A DNA stretch of 64,000 nt from Sphyrna mokarran (lineage: Eukaryota). The notes under the pieces are model-generated. The model saw only the letters and a list, made by a program, of their open reading frames with translations. It was not told the origin of the DNA and ran no database searches. How positions within the stretch are numbered: position 1 is the first letter of the stretch; every line of letters begins with the position of its first letter. Shown here in pieces: positions 25,610-38,100 of the stretch. A program made the translations under genes and the position numbers. The DNA is taken from assembly GCA_024679065.1 (NCBI GenBank), contig JAGIQG010000043.1:2356001-2420000 (forward strand), written 5' to 3'.

Positions 25610-26440
25610 ACCACGGCTAATCCACCTAACCTGCACATCTTTGGACGCAATTAAGCACGCCCAATCCACCTAACCTTCACATCCTTGATACTAAGGGAGA
25701 ATTTAGCACGGCCAATCCACCTAACCTGCTTATCTTTGGACACTATGGGGCAATTTAGCATGGGTAATCCACTTAGCCTATACATCTTTGGACGCTATAA
25801 TGAAATTTAGCATGGCCAATCAACTAACCTGCACATCTTTGAACGCTAAAGGGCAATTTAGCACGGCCAACCCACCTATCCTGCTCATCTTTGGACACTA
25901 AGGGGCAATTTAGAAAGGCCAATTGGCCCAATCTGCATATTTTTGGACACTAAGGGACAAGTTAGCATGGCCAGTCCACCTAACCAGCACATCTCTGGAC
26001 ATTAAGGGGGAATTTAGCATGGCCAATCCACCTAACCTACACCTCTTTGGACACTAAGGGACAATTTAGCAGAGCTAATCTCTCTAACCTACTCATCTTT
26101 GGACACTAAGGGGCAATTTGACATGGCCAATCCACCTAACCTACACACTTACAGATCCTAGGGGCAATTTAGCATGGCCAATCTGCCTACCCTACGCACC
26201 TTGGGACACTAAGAGGCATATCTACATTACAGGAGTTCCTTGATCCTATCCAATGAACTTAGCATTACCAATCTATCTATTCGGCACAACGTTGAACACT
26301 AAAGTGCAGTTTGGCATGGCCAATCCACCTACTCTGCACATGTTTGAACACTAAGGAATAATTTAGATGGCTAATCAGACTAAACGATGCATCTTTGGAT
26401 AGGAAGGGACAATGTAGCAGGGCCAATCCACCCAGACATT
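25610..26440 (-). repeat. ~52-bp SINE-derived minisatellite, about 16 units (mirror about 35178-36008)
   Basis: Unit ggccaatccacctaacctgcacatctttggacactaaggggcaatttagcat; atttag recurs at 25701, 25753, 25805, 25856. Confidence 0.92.
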
Positions 26441-26499
26441 TTCAGACTATGGGAGGAAAACGGAGCACCCAGAGTAATTCTGCGCAGATATGAGGCCAC

Positions 26500-27642
26500 C
26501 TTTTGATAAGGTGGCCCATGGAAGACTTCTACAGAAAATGCAGATGTGTGGAATAGAGGGTGATTTAGCTAATTGGATTAGAAATTGGCTGGCAGATAGA
26601 AGACAGAGGGTGGTGGTTGATGGGAGATATTCATCGTGGAGTTCGGTGACGAGTGGTGTGCCTCAGGGTCTGTTTTGGGGCCCCTGCTGTTTGTAATTTT
26701 TATAAATGATCTGGATGAGGGTATTGAGGGATGGATCAGTAAATTTGCAGATGATACTAAAGTTGGTGGTGTGGTAGATAGTGCAGAGGGGTGTTTTAGT
26801 TTACAGAGTGACTTGGACAAGTTGCAGAGCTGGGCCGAGAGGTGGCAAATGGAGTTTAATGTGGAAAAGTGTGAGGTAATGCACTTTGGCAGGAACAATA
26901 AATGTGTAGAGTATAGGGCCAATGGTAGGGCTCTTAATAGTGTTGAGGAACAGAAGGATCTTGGTGTATGTGTCAATAGATCCCTGAAAGTAGGCAGTCA
27001 AGTGGATAAAGTTGTTAAGAAGGCTTATGGAGTCTGAGCTTTTATTGGTAGGGGGATGGAATTTAGGAGCCGCAGCATCATGTTGCAGCTGTACAAAACT
27101 CTAGTGCGGCCGCACTTGGAGTATTGTGTGCAGTTCTGGTCGCCACATTATAAGAAAGATGTGGAGGCATTGGAGAGGGTACAGAGGAGTTTTACTAGGA
27201 TGTTGCCTGGTATGGAGGGCAGGTCCTATGAAGAGAGGTTGAAGGATTTGAGTTGTTTTCGTTAGAAAGGAGGCGGCTAAGAGGGGATCTTATTGAAGCA
27301 TATAAGATGATTAGAGGTTTAGATAGGGTGGACAGTGATAGCCTTTTTCCTAGGACGGAGAAAGCTAGCACGAGGGGACACAGCTTTAAATTAAGGGGTA
27401 TGAGTTATAGGACGGATATCAGAGGTAGGTTCTTACTCAAAGAGTGATTAGGGAGTGGAATGCCCTGCCTGCAGCTGTTGTAGATGCGCCAAGTTTGGTG
27501 GCTTTTAAGAGGTTAGTTGATAAGTATATGGATGAGAAGGGAATGGTTTAGTTAGGAGGGGCATTGCTTTTTATTTTGGTCGGCACAACATCGAAGGCCG
27601 AAGGGCCTGTTCTGTGCTGTATTGTTCTATGTTCTATGTTCT
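26500..27642 (+). mobile_element. CR1 family A, 5'-truncated, inserted into a SINE
   Basis: ORFs 26490-27447 with FADDTKV and RPHLEYCVQFW; (TTCTATG)n tail. The SINE resumes at about 27645. Confidence 0.95.
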
Positions 27643-29195
27643 AATATGCAAACTACATGCAGATAGTCACCCACGGTAGGAATCGAAGCCAGATCCCAGG
27701 CGCTGTGAGGCAGCACTGCTAACAGCTGTGCCAGCGTGTTGTAATGCAATTCTGTTCAATCTAATTCATTCCGTTAAGAGGTTGCACATGATTCCTGATG
27801 CAAGCTGCCTCATAAAGAGAAGTGAAAATATTCTATGAATTATATGTTAGTTGATTGAAATTATGTTGGAAATCTCAGTGATTTGTTGCTTCAGTGTAGA
27901 ATGTACAGACTGCAGTTTCTCTGACCTGCAGATGAAATGAGTGTGTCTGTTGCGACTCAGAGAGGGGTTTCTACTAATTGTAATTAACACTTAGGAATGC
28001 TTGCAAATACTGACCAATTTTCTTTTGAATAGGTTCCTGTAATATGGCTTAATTGTAAACCAGCAGGTTCTCTGCGCTGCTAAATCTATCTCGAATGCCC
28101 AACTGTTTGCGGTTTTACATTGTGTCTCAGTTTCTGATCTCTGGAGGCAGTTGGGTAAGTGTAGCACATCAACTGCAAACAAACGAAAAACCACATTGAG
28201 TCTCGGACAACTTTCTGTCTCAACGTGGTCAGAATCTCAACCAACGATTTCTGCTTTTGCTGTGCTTTGCACACTCCCTGAAATGGCTGTGAACGAGGCG
28301 TTTTTCTTAAGGTCATACCATGCAAGCGTGTCCACAGCCAACGCCTCTCTGTCTTTCTCTATCTGCTGCCAAGCCTCGCTCTCTGCTGCAAAATCTAATG
28401 AGTATTTTCCTTAGGTCACAGCATTTTTGGAAGAGCATTTCAACCACTCTGGAAGGAGCGCCCTCTCTGTTCACCTCTGAACCTGTTGTGATGGTAATTC
28501 GTTCCACCAGGGTCTTCACCTTAAGATGTATGGATCCAAGTATTGTCTCCAAGCTCTGCTCCTCTTCATTCTTTTGAACGTTCCCTGCTGGAAATTGCTA
28601 CAGAGTCTTGTAGAGAAACTAGAACATTGAATTTACTGTTTCATTATTCCCATTGGATCAACTATCGAACTCCCAAAAATTAAATATTTGATCCACCGGC
28701 AGTTTCTAAGTGTTTTCGTTCTGTTAGGGTGGTGCATGTTGACGCTTTGCAGAAAGTATCACGGAAAACCGTGCTCTAAACTAAATCCTAGTTAGGACTT
28801 TGTTTCACTAAAGCGGCTGATTCTACCGGGATGTCTAATTGGAACATATGAATAAATATTCCTGCAATATTCGTGTCTTGAAAATACTAACTCGTTTCTT
28901 GTTTCATAACAGAGTGAATAGCACATACTCAAAATACTTTTTACACAATATGTTTTTATCTTTAACTTGTGAATTTTGAGCCTAGGTGTTTGAGCACCTA
29001 TTTTCCAGTAACAACATTAAATTCATTGATCCTGCTTCTGCCAGTCTCCGCTGATTTTTACTCCATTGACTAAATTCCTGGGCGGCACGGTGACACGATG
29101 GAGAGCACCGCTGTCTCACAGCACCAGAGACCGGGTTATGAGTGACTGAACATCGACAGGTCACTTGGGTAGATCCCAAAGATCCATATCTTTGG

Positions 29196-29840
29196 CAATC
29201 AAGTCGATAAGGTTGTTAAGAAGGCATACGGAGTCTTGGCTTTAATTGGTAGGGGGATTAAATTTCGGAGCCGCAACGTCATGTGGCAACTGTACAAAAC
29301 TGTGGTGCGGGCCGCACTTGGAGTATTGTGTACAGTTTTGGTCACCACATTATAAGAAAAATGTGGAGGTATTGGAGAGGGTGCAGAGGAGGTTTACCAG
29401 GATGTTGCCTGGTATGGAGGGCAGGTGTTATGAGGAGAGGCTGAGGGATTTGAGGTTGTTTTCGTTAGAAAGAAGGTGGCTAAGAGGAGACCTTATTGAA
29501 ACAGACAAGATGATTAGAGGTTTAGATAGGGTGGACAGTGATAGCCTTTTTCCTCGGATGGAGAATGCTAGCACGAGGGGACATAGCTTTAAATTAAAGA
29601 GTGGTAGTTATAGGACGGATGTCAGAGGTAGGTTCTTTACCCAGAGAGTTGTAAGGGTATGGAATGCCCTGCCTGCTGCAGTTGTAGATGCGCCAAGTTT
29701 GGGGGCGTTTAAGAGGTCAGTGGATAGGTTTATGGATGAAAAGGGAATGGTTTAGTTTAGAGGGTCATTGCTTTTTCTTAACTGGTCGGCGCAACATCGA
29801 GGGCCGAAGGGCCTATTCTGCATTGTAATGTTCTATGTTC
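29196..29840 (+). mobile_element. CR1 family A 3' fragment
   Basis: ORF 29246-29755 is the CR1 C-terminus, followed by the tail. Confidence 0.95.
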
Positions 29841-30169
29841 TTTATCCTCTTGGCGCAGAAAATTCTTCTCCTCTCATTCTGAAATGGCAATTTCTTTACC
29901 CTGAGGTTATGTGACATATTTTCCAGCCAAGGGGGAATCAAATTCTTTCGGATCTGGCGTGTCATCATCCTTCAAAATATTTTGTTTCAATGCGTTGAAG
30001 TCTTATTTTCCCGTTCTACAGAAAATTTAACATAATTTTCCAGTTTCTTATTACAGGGCAACATTATCGTTCAAGGGATCAATGATAGATTATTAGGAGT
30101 TGGGGACCAGATGTACTGTGCCAAAGTACCCAGAGTAATCAGGAATAGGACATAGGACACAGAACATAT

Positions 30170-30410
30170 AACATAGAATGTAGAACATTACAGCGTAGTA
30201 CAGGCCCTTCAGCCCTCGATGTTGCATCGACCAGTGGAACCATCTAATGACCCTCTAACCTAAACTATTCCAATGTTGTTCATTTGTCCACTGACCATTT
30301 GAACGCCCTTACAGTTGGTGAGTCCACAACTGCTGCAGGCATTCCATACCCTTACTACCCTCTGAGTAGAGAACCTATCTCCGACATCCGTCCTAAAACT
30401 ACCACCCCTT
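30170..30410 (-). mobile_element. Short CR1 3'-tail fragment (mirror about 31208-31448)
   Basis: catagaatgtagaacattacagc...ggcccttcagccctcgatgttg tail and ORF2-end remnants. Confidence 0.75.
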
Positions 30411-30489
30411 GGTTAATGGTTAATCAGGAATGTCAACTGACCATTATACAGTCGACAGAAGTGCCACCACTAAGCTGTGTAAAGATGGT

Positions 30490-30757
30490 CTTGGATGGTA
30501 GAGAACAAGGGGGGAAAATTTGATAAGGCTATGATGGGGGCTTTAAACTGATTCGGGGGGGATCCTAGTAGTTGGGGTGCCGAGAGGGATGAGAGTAATG
30601 GGGTTATAGAAGAGAGTTGTAAAACACAGCGGCGTACGGGTGGGGTGGGGCATGGTTTGAGATGCGTATACTTTAATGCAAGGAGTATTCGCAATAAGGG
30701 GGAGGAACTTGCAGCTTGGACCAGTACCTGGAACTTCGATATTGTGGCCATTTCAGA
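30490..30757 (+). mobile_element. CR1 ORF2 endonuclease N-terminus running into the assembly gap
   Basis: LRCVYFNARSIRNKGEELAAW...DIVAISE is the APE-endonuclease start (N.RS..NK...DI.AI.E). Confidence 0.85.
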
Positions 30758-30857
30758 NNNNNNNNNNNNNNNNNNNNNNNNNNNNNNNNNNNNNNNNNNN
30801 NNNNNNNNNNNNNNNNNNNNNNNNNNNNNNNNNNNNNNNNNNNNNNNNNNNNNNNNN
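30758..30857. other. 100-N scaffold gap at the symmetry axis
   Basis: Exactly 100 N, a common placeholder for a gap of unknown size. Confidence 0.97.
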
Positions 30858-31130
30858 TCTCTGAAATGGCCACAATATCGAAGTTCCAGGTACTGGTCCA
30901 AGCTGCAAGTTCCTCCCCCTTATTGCGAATACTCCTTGCATTAAAGTATACGCATTTCAAACCATGCCCCACCCCACCCGTACGCCGCTGTGTTTTACAA
31001 CTCTCTTCTATAACCCCCTTACTCTCATCCCTCTCAGCACCCCAACTACTTAGGATCCCCCCCGAATCAGTTTAAAGCCCCCATCATAGCCTTATCAAAT
31101 TTTCCCCCCTTGTTCTCTACCATCCAAGAC
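30858..31130 (-). mobile_element. CR1 ORF2 endonuclease N-terminus running into the gap (mirror copy)
   Basis: ORF 30673-30972 LKCVYFNARSIRNK. Confidence 0.85.
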
Positions 31131-31777
31131 CATCTTTACACAGCTTAGTGGTGGCACTTCTGTCGACTGTATAATGGTCAGTTGACATTCCTGATTAACC
31201 ATTAACCAAGGGGTGGTAGTTTTAGGACGGATGTCGGAGATAGGTTCTCTACTCAGAGGGTAGTAAGGGTATGGAATGCCTGCAGCAGTTGTGGACTCAC
31301 CAACTGTAAGGGCGTTCAAATGGTCAGTGGACAAATGAACAACATTGGAATAGTTTAGGTTAGAGGGTCATTAGATGGTTCCACTGGTCGATGCAACATC
31401 GAGGGCTGAAGGGCCTGTACTACGCTGTAATGTTCTACATTCTATGTTATATGTTCTGTGTCCTATGTCCTATTCCTGATTACTCTGGGTACTTTGGCAC
31501 AGTACATCTGGTCCCCAACTCCTAATAATCTATCATTGATCCCTTGAACGATAATGTTGCCCTGTAATAAGAAACTGGAAAATTATGTTAAATTTTCTGT
31601 AGAACGGGAAAATAAGACTTCAACGCATTGAAACAAAATATTTTGAAGGATGATGACACGCCAGATCCGAAAGAATTTGATTCCCCCTTGGCTGGAAAAT
31701 ATGTCACATAACCTCAGGGTAAAGAAATTGCCATTTCAGAATGAGAGGAGAAGAATTTTCTGCGCCAAGAGGATAAA

Positions 31778-32422
31778 GAACATAGAACATTACAATGCAG
31801 AATAGGCCCTTCGGCCCTCGATGTTGCGCCGACCAGTTAAGAAAAAGCAATGACCCTCTAAACTAAACCATTCCCTTTTCATCCATAAACCTATCCACTG
31901 ACCTCTTAAACGCCCCCAAACTTGGCGCATCTACAACTGCAGCAGGCAGGGCATTCCATACCCTTACAACTCTCTGGGTAAAGAACCTACCTCTGACATC
32001 CGTCCTATAACTACCACTCTTTAATTTAAAGCTATGTCCCCTCGTGCTAGCATTCTCCATCCGAGGAAAAAGGCTATCACTGTCCACCCTATCTAAACCT
32101 CTAATCATCTTGTCTGTTTCAATAAGGTCTCCTCTTAGCCACCTTCTTTCTAACGAAAACAACCTCAAATCCCTCAGCCTCTCCTCATAACACCTGCCCT
32201 CCATACCAGGCAACATCCTGGTAAACCTCCTCTGCACCCTCTCCAATACCTCCACATTTTTCTTATAATGTGGTGACCAAAACTGTACACAATACTCCAA
32301 GTGCGGCCCGCACCACAGTTTTGTACAGTTGCCACATGACGTTGCGGCTCCGAAATTTAATCCCCCTACCAATTAAAGCCAAGACTCCGTATGCCTTCTT
32401 AACAACCTTATCGACTTGATTG
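31778..32422 (-). mobile_element. CR1 family A 3' fragment (mirror copy)
   Basis: ORF 31863-32372 translates identically to 29246-29755. Confidence 0.95.
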
Positions 32423-33975
32423 CCAAAGATATGGATCTTTGGGATCTACCCAAGTGACCTGTCGATGTTCAGTCACTCATAACCCGGTCTCTGGTGCTGT
32501 GAGACAGCGGTGCTCTCCATCGTGTCACCGTGCCGCCCAGGAATTTAGTCAATGGAGTAAAAATCAGCGGAGACTGGCAGAAGCAGGATCAATGAATTTA
32601 ATGTTGTTACTGGAAAATAGGTGCTCAAACACCTAGGCTCAAAATTCACAAGTTAAAGATAAAAACATATTGTGTAAAAAGTATTTTGAGTATGTGCTAT
32701 TCACTCTGTTATGAAACAAGAAACGAGTTAGTATTTTCAAGACACGAATATTGCAGGAATATTTATTCATATGTTCCAATTAGACATCCCGGTAGAATCA
32801 GCCGCTTTAGTGAAACAAAGTCCTAACTAGGATTTAGTTTAGAGCACGGTTTTCCGTGATACTTTCTGCAAAGCGTCAACATGCACCACCCTAACAGAAC
32901 GAAAACACTTAGAAACTGCCGGTGGATCAAATATTTAATTTTTGGGAGTTCGATAGTTGATCCAATGGGAATAATGAAACAGTAAATTCAATGTTCTAGT
33001 TTCTCTACAAGACTCTGTAGCAATTTCCAGCAGGGAACGTTCAAAAGAATGAAGAGGAGCAGAGCTTGGAGACAATACTTGGATCCATACATCTTAAGGT
33101 GAAGACCCTGGTGGAACGAATTACCATCACAACAGGTTCAGAGGTGAACAGAGAGGGCGCTCCTTCCAGAGTGGTTGAAATGCTCTTCCAAAAATGCTGT
33201 GACCTAAGGAAAATACTCATTAGATTTTGCAGCAGAGAGCGAGGCTTGGCAGCAGATAGAGAAAGACAGAGAGGCGTTGGCTGTGGACACGCTTGCATGG
33301 TATGACCTTAAGAAAAACGCCTCGTTCACAGCCATTTCAGGGAGTGTGCAAAGCACAGCAAAAGCAGAAATCGTTGGTTGAGATTCTGACCACGTTGAGA
33401 CAGAAAGTTGTCCGAGACTCAATGTGGTTTTTCGTTTGTTTGCAGTTGATGTGCTACACTTACCCAACTGCCTCCAGAGATCAGAAACTGAGACACAATG
33501 TAAAACCGCAAACAGTTGGGCATTCGAGATAGATTTAGCAGCGCAGAGAACCTGCTGGTTTACAATTAAGCCATATTACAGGAACCTATTCAAAAGAAAA
33601 TTGGTCAGTATTTGCAAGCATTCCTAAGTGTTAATTACAATTAGTAGAAACCCCTCTCTGAGTCGCAACAGACACACTCATTTCATCTGCAGGTCAGAGA
33701 AACTGCAGTCTGTACATTCTACACTGAAGCAACAAATCACTGAGATTTCCAACATAATTTCAATCAACTAACATATAATTCATAGAATATTTTCACTTCT
33801 CTTTATGAGGCAGCTTGCATCAGGAATCATGTGCAACCTCTTAACGGAATGAATTAGATTGAACAGAATTGCATTACAACACGCTGGCACAGCTGTTAGC
33901 AGTGCTGCCTCACAGCGCCTGGGATCTGGCTTCGATTCCTACCGTGGGTGACTATCTGCATGTAGTTTGCATATT

Positions 33976-35118
33976 AGAACATAGAACATAGAACAATACA
34001 GCACAGAACAGGCCCTTCGGCCTTCGATGTTGTGCCGACCAAAATAAAAAGCAATGCCCCTCCTAACTAAACCATTCCCTTCTCATCCATATACTTATCA
34101 ACTAACCTCTTAAAAGCCACCAAACTTGGCGCATCTACAACAGCTGCAGGCAGGGCATTCCACTCCCTAATCACTCTTTGAGTAAGAACCTACCTCTGAT
34201 ATCCGTCCTATAACTCATACCCCTTAATTTAAAGCTGTGTCCCCTCGTGCTAGCTTTCTCCGTCCTAGGAAAAAGGCTATCACTGTCCACCCTATCTAAA
34301 CCTCTAATCATCTTATATGCTTCAATAAGATCCCCTCTTAGCCGCCTCCTTTCTAACGAAAACAACTCAAATCCTTCAACCTCTCTTCATAGGACCTGCC
34401 CTCCATACCAGGCAACATCCTAGTAAAACTCCTCTGTACCCTCTCCAATGCCTCCACATCTTTCTTATAATGTGGCGACCAGAACTGCACACAATACTCC
34501 AAGTGCGGCCGCACTAGAGTTTTGTACAGCTGCAACATGATGCTGCGGCTCCTAAATTCCATCCCCCTACCAATAAAAGCTCAGACTCCATAAGCCTTCT
34601 TAACAACTTTATCCACTTGACTGCCTACTTTCAGGGATCTATTGACACATACACCAAGATCCTTCTGTTCCTCAACACTATTAAGAGCCCTACCATTGGC
34701 CCTATACTCTACACATTTATTGTTCCTGCCAAAGTGCATTACCTCACACTTTTCCACATTAAACTCCATTTGCCACCTCTCGGCCCAGCTCTGCAACTTG
34801 TCCAAGTCACTCTGTAAACTAAAACACCCCTCTGCACTATCTACCACACCACCAACTTTAGTATCATCTGCAAATTTACTGATCCATCCCTCAATACCCT
34901 CATCCAGATCATTTATAAAAATTACAAACAGCAGGGGCCCCAAAACAGACCCTGAGGCACACCACTCGTCACCGAACTCCACGATGAATATCTCCCATCA
35001 ACCACCACCCTCTGTCTTCTATCTGCCAGCCAATTTCTAATCCAATTAGCTAAATCACCCTCTATTCCACACATCTGCATTTTCTGTAGAAGTCTTCCAT
35101 GGGCCACCTTATCAAAAG
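33976..35118 (-). mobile_element. CR1 family A, 5'-truncated (mirror copy)
   Basis: ORFs 34171-35128 translate identically to the left-arm copy. Confidence 0.95.
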
Positions 35119-38100
35119 GTGGCCTCATATCTGCGCAGAATTACTCTGGGTGCTCCGTTTTCCTCCCATAGTCTGAAAATGTCTGGGTGGATTGGCCCTG
35201 CTACATTGTCCCTTCCTATCCAAAGATGCATCGTTTAGTCTGATTAGCCATCTAAATTATTCCTTAGTGTTCAAACATGTGCAGAGTAGGTGGATTGGCC
35301 ATGCCAAACTGCACTTTAGTGTTCAACGTTGTGCCGAATAGATAGATTGGTAATGCTAAGTTCATTGGATAGGATCAAGGAACTCCTGTAATGTAGATAT
35401 GCCTCTTAGTGTCCCAAGGTGCGTAGGGTAGGCAGATTGGCCATGCTAAATTGCCCCTAGGATCTGTAAGTGTGTAGGTTAGGTGGATTGGCCATGTCAA
35501 ATTGCCCCTTAGTGTCCAAAGATGAGTAGGTTAGAGAGATTAGCTCTGCTAAATTGTCCCTTAGTGTCCAAAGAGGTGTAGGTTAGGTGGATTGGCCATG
35601 CTAAATTCCCCCTTAATGTCCAGAGATGTGCTGGTTAGGTGGACTGGCCATGCTAACTTGTCCCTTAGTGTCCAAAAATATGCAGATTGGGCCAATTGGC
35701 CTTTCTAAATTGCCCCTTAGTGTCCAAAGATGAGCAGGATAGGTGGGTTGGCCGTGCTAAATTGCCCTTTAGCGTTCAAAGATGTGCAGGTTAGTTGATT
35801 GGCCATGCTAAATTTCATTATAGCGTCCAAAGATGTATAGGCTAAGTGGATTACCCATGCTAAATTGCCCCATAGTGTCCAAAGATAAGCAGGTTAGGTG
35901 GATTGGCCGTGCTAAATTCTCCCTTAGTATCAAGGATGTGAAGGTTAGGTGGATTGGGCGTGCTTAATTGCGTCCAAAGATGTGCAGGTTAGGTGGATTA
36001 GCCGTGGTAAGTCTGTGCTGTTATGGAAATAATAGGTTTCCTCCCACATCCCAAAAACATGCTCTTAAGTTGAGCAGTTTAACAAATTGTCCCAAAATTA
36101 GTGCTCCCTCAATCTTCCCCAGTAGGTGTAGACAAATTCATAAATGAAGGAGGGCAGTCATAATGTTAAAGTGGTGGCGTGGGCTCTTTAGTCCGAAGGG
36201 CCTGTTTCCCGTGCTCCATTGTTCTTTGTTCTTTATAAGGTGGGTAATGTGAATAAGTTGGTGCATCCCTTTGCACTGTAGGCAGTCTATGATTATATTC
36301 TGATTTCCTGCCACATACGAACACTGAGACTTCTACCCCCAAACGAGAAGGACAGATGAATAGGATCACCAAAATGATAAAGTGCCCTCTGAGCTGCGGA
36401 GCATGCTGATTTGGAACCAAACAACCAAGTCTTCCATTACAGTCCTGGTTCTAAATCTGGCAACTCATCCCCAAAGTGAACTGTGAGCGAATACAGGGGT
36501 TAAAGACTGTGGGTCATCATGGAATCATCAAATCCTACCTTCGGCCCATCGAATCAACACCGATCACAATTCCATGCAGGCCCTATCCCCATATCCCGTG
36601 CATTTACCCTAGCTAGTCCCTCTGACACTAAGGAGCAATTTAGCATGGCAAACCCACCTAAACGGCACATCTTTGGATATTAAGGGGCAATTTAACATGG
36701 CCAAACCACCTAATCAGCACATCATTAGACACTAAGGGATGATTTAGCACGCTCAATCCACGTAACGTACACATCTTTGGACACTAAGGGACAATTTAGC
36801 AAGGACAATCCATCCAACCTGGACATTTTTTGGACACTAAGGGACAATTTAGTAAGGACAAACCATCCAACCTGCACATTTTTTGGACATTAAGGGGCAA
36901 TTTAGCATGGCCAATCCACCCTAACTTGCACCTCTTTCGACACTAGGAGACAATTTAGCGTGGCCAATCCTCTTAACCTGCACATCTTCAGACATTAAGG
37001 GGCAATTTAGCATTGCCAATCCACCTAACCTGCACAAATTTGGACATCATCATTTTCGAAAGAGCAATGCATTCTGCTCTTTCTAAGAAATTCACATCCC
37101 GCGAATGAATTGAAATTCAGCTGAAATAGAAAACGTATCACGACAGAATTACTATACTGTAACACTCCCTGAAGACATGCTGCCTATTCATCGCTGTGAC
37201 GCACAGTCGATGACCAGACTGTCTTAAGTGAATGTGGAATTCACCAGCACACCGCACCAAACTGGTGTCATACTTTCCATTGCACGGCCCGTCATATTTT
37301 CCACTGCATTTGAAAGGGACAAAACTCTTTGTGTTTGAGCTCAGGTCAAACTGCGGCCATTAACCCTACAGAAACAAGCAGGTCAGAAAACATAGTAGAA
37401 ATAGCACGTAAAGATACCCAAAGAATGATTATATGCAAGACTCATTTTCTTGCTTTTGCAGGGTTTATGGTGAGTAAAAGCGGATAAAAACTAACAGCTA
37501 GAATAATTATTCAGACAGTAAAAACTGTGACCCCATGTTCAGATGAAAAGAATTACCTTGTTCACGCGAGTTTATTTTGTTTTCCTCACATACATGTTCA
37601 GTAAAGGTTCATTAATGCCCTTTAGGGAAGGAAATTTCCCTTCCTCATTTGTTTGCCTGACATGTGACCTTCAGAGCCACAGTAATGTAATTGGGCTTGG
37701 GCCGGTGTCTGTGGGAGTTTGCACATTCTCCCCGTGCTTAGATGAGTTTTCTCTGGGTGCTCGATTTCTTCCCACATCCCAAAAACATGCTCTTAGGTTA
37801 ATTGGTGTTAACAAATTTTCCCTAAATTAGACCTTCCTTAATCTGGTGTGCATAAATTCTCTAAATTTGCACACTTTTTTTGGAGAGTCGAAGAGTCATA
37901 GACAAAGGTCATGGGTAGAAGAAGGATTGGAATGAGGCACTGACTGAATGTTAAAACGGTGGCGCGGGCTTGTAGGACCAAAGGACCTGTTTCCTGTTCT
38001 GTGTTGTTCTTTGTTCTTTGATTTTTAACGGCCCGACAAATGCAACTAGGGGTGAGCAATAAATGCTGGCCCAGCCAGCAACGTCCATGTCTCAAAAGAG

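Larger units (their letters stand above)
9372..30757 (+). repeat. Left arm of a giant inverted repeat
   Basis: Mirrored ORF pairs with near-constant coordinate sums (61643, 61597-61606, 61618). Boundary cccacacagac at 9372 pairs with 52261-52271. Confidence 0.98.

Noticed and set aside
25610-26440. CRISPR-like regular repeats
   Set aside because: Units are contiguous with no unique spacers, derive from the SINE interior, and the DNA is vertebrate.
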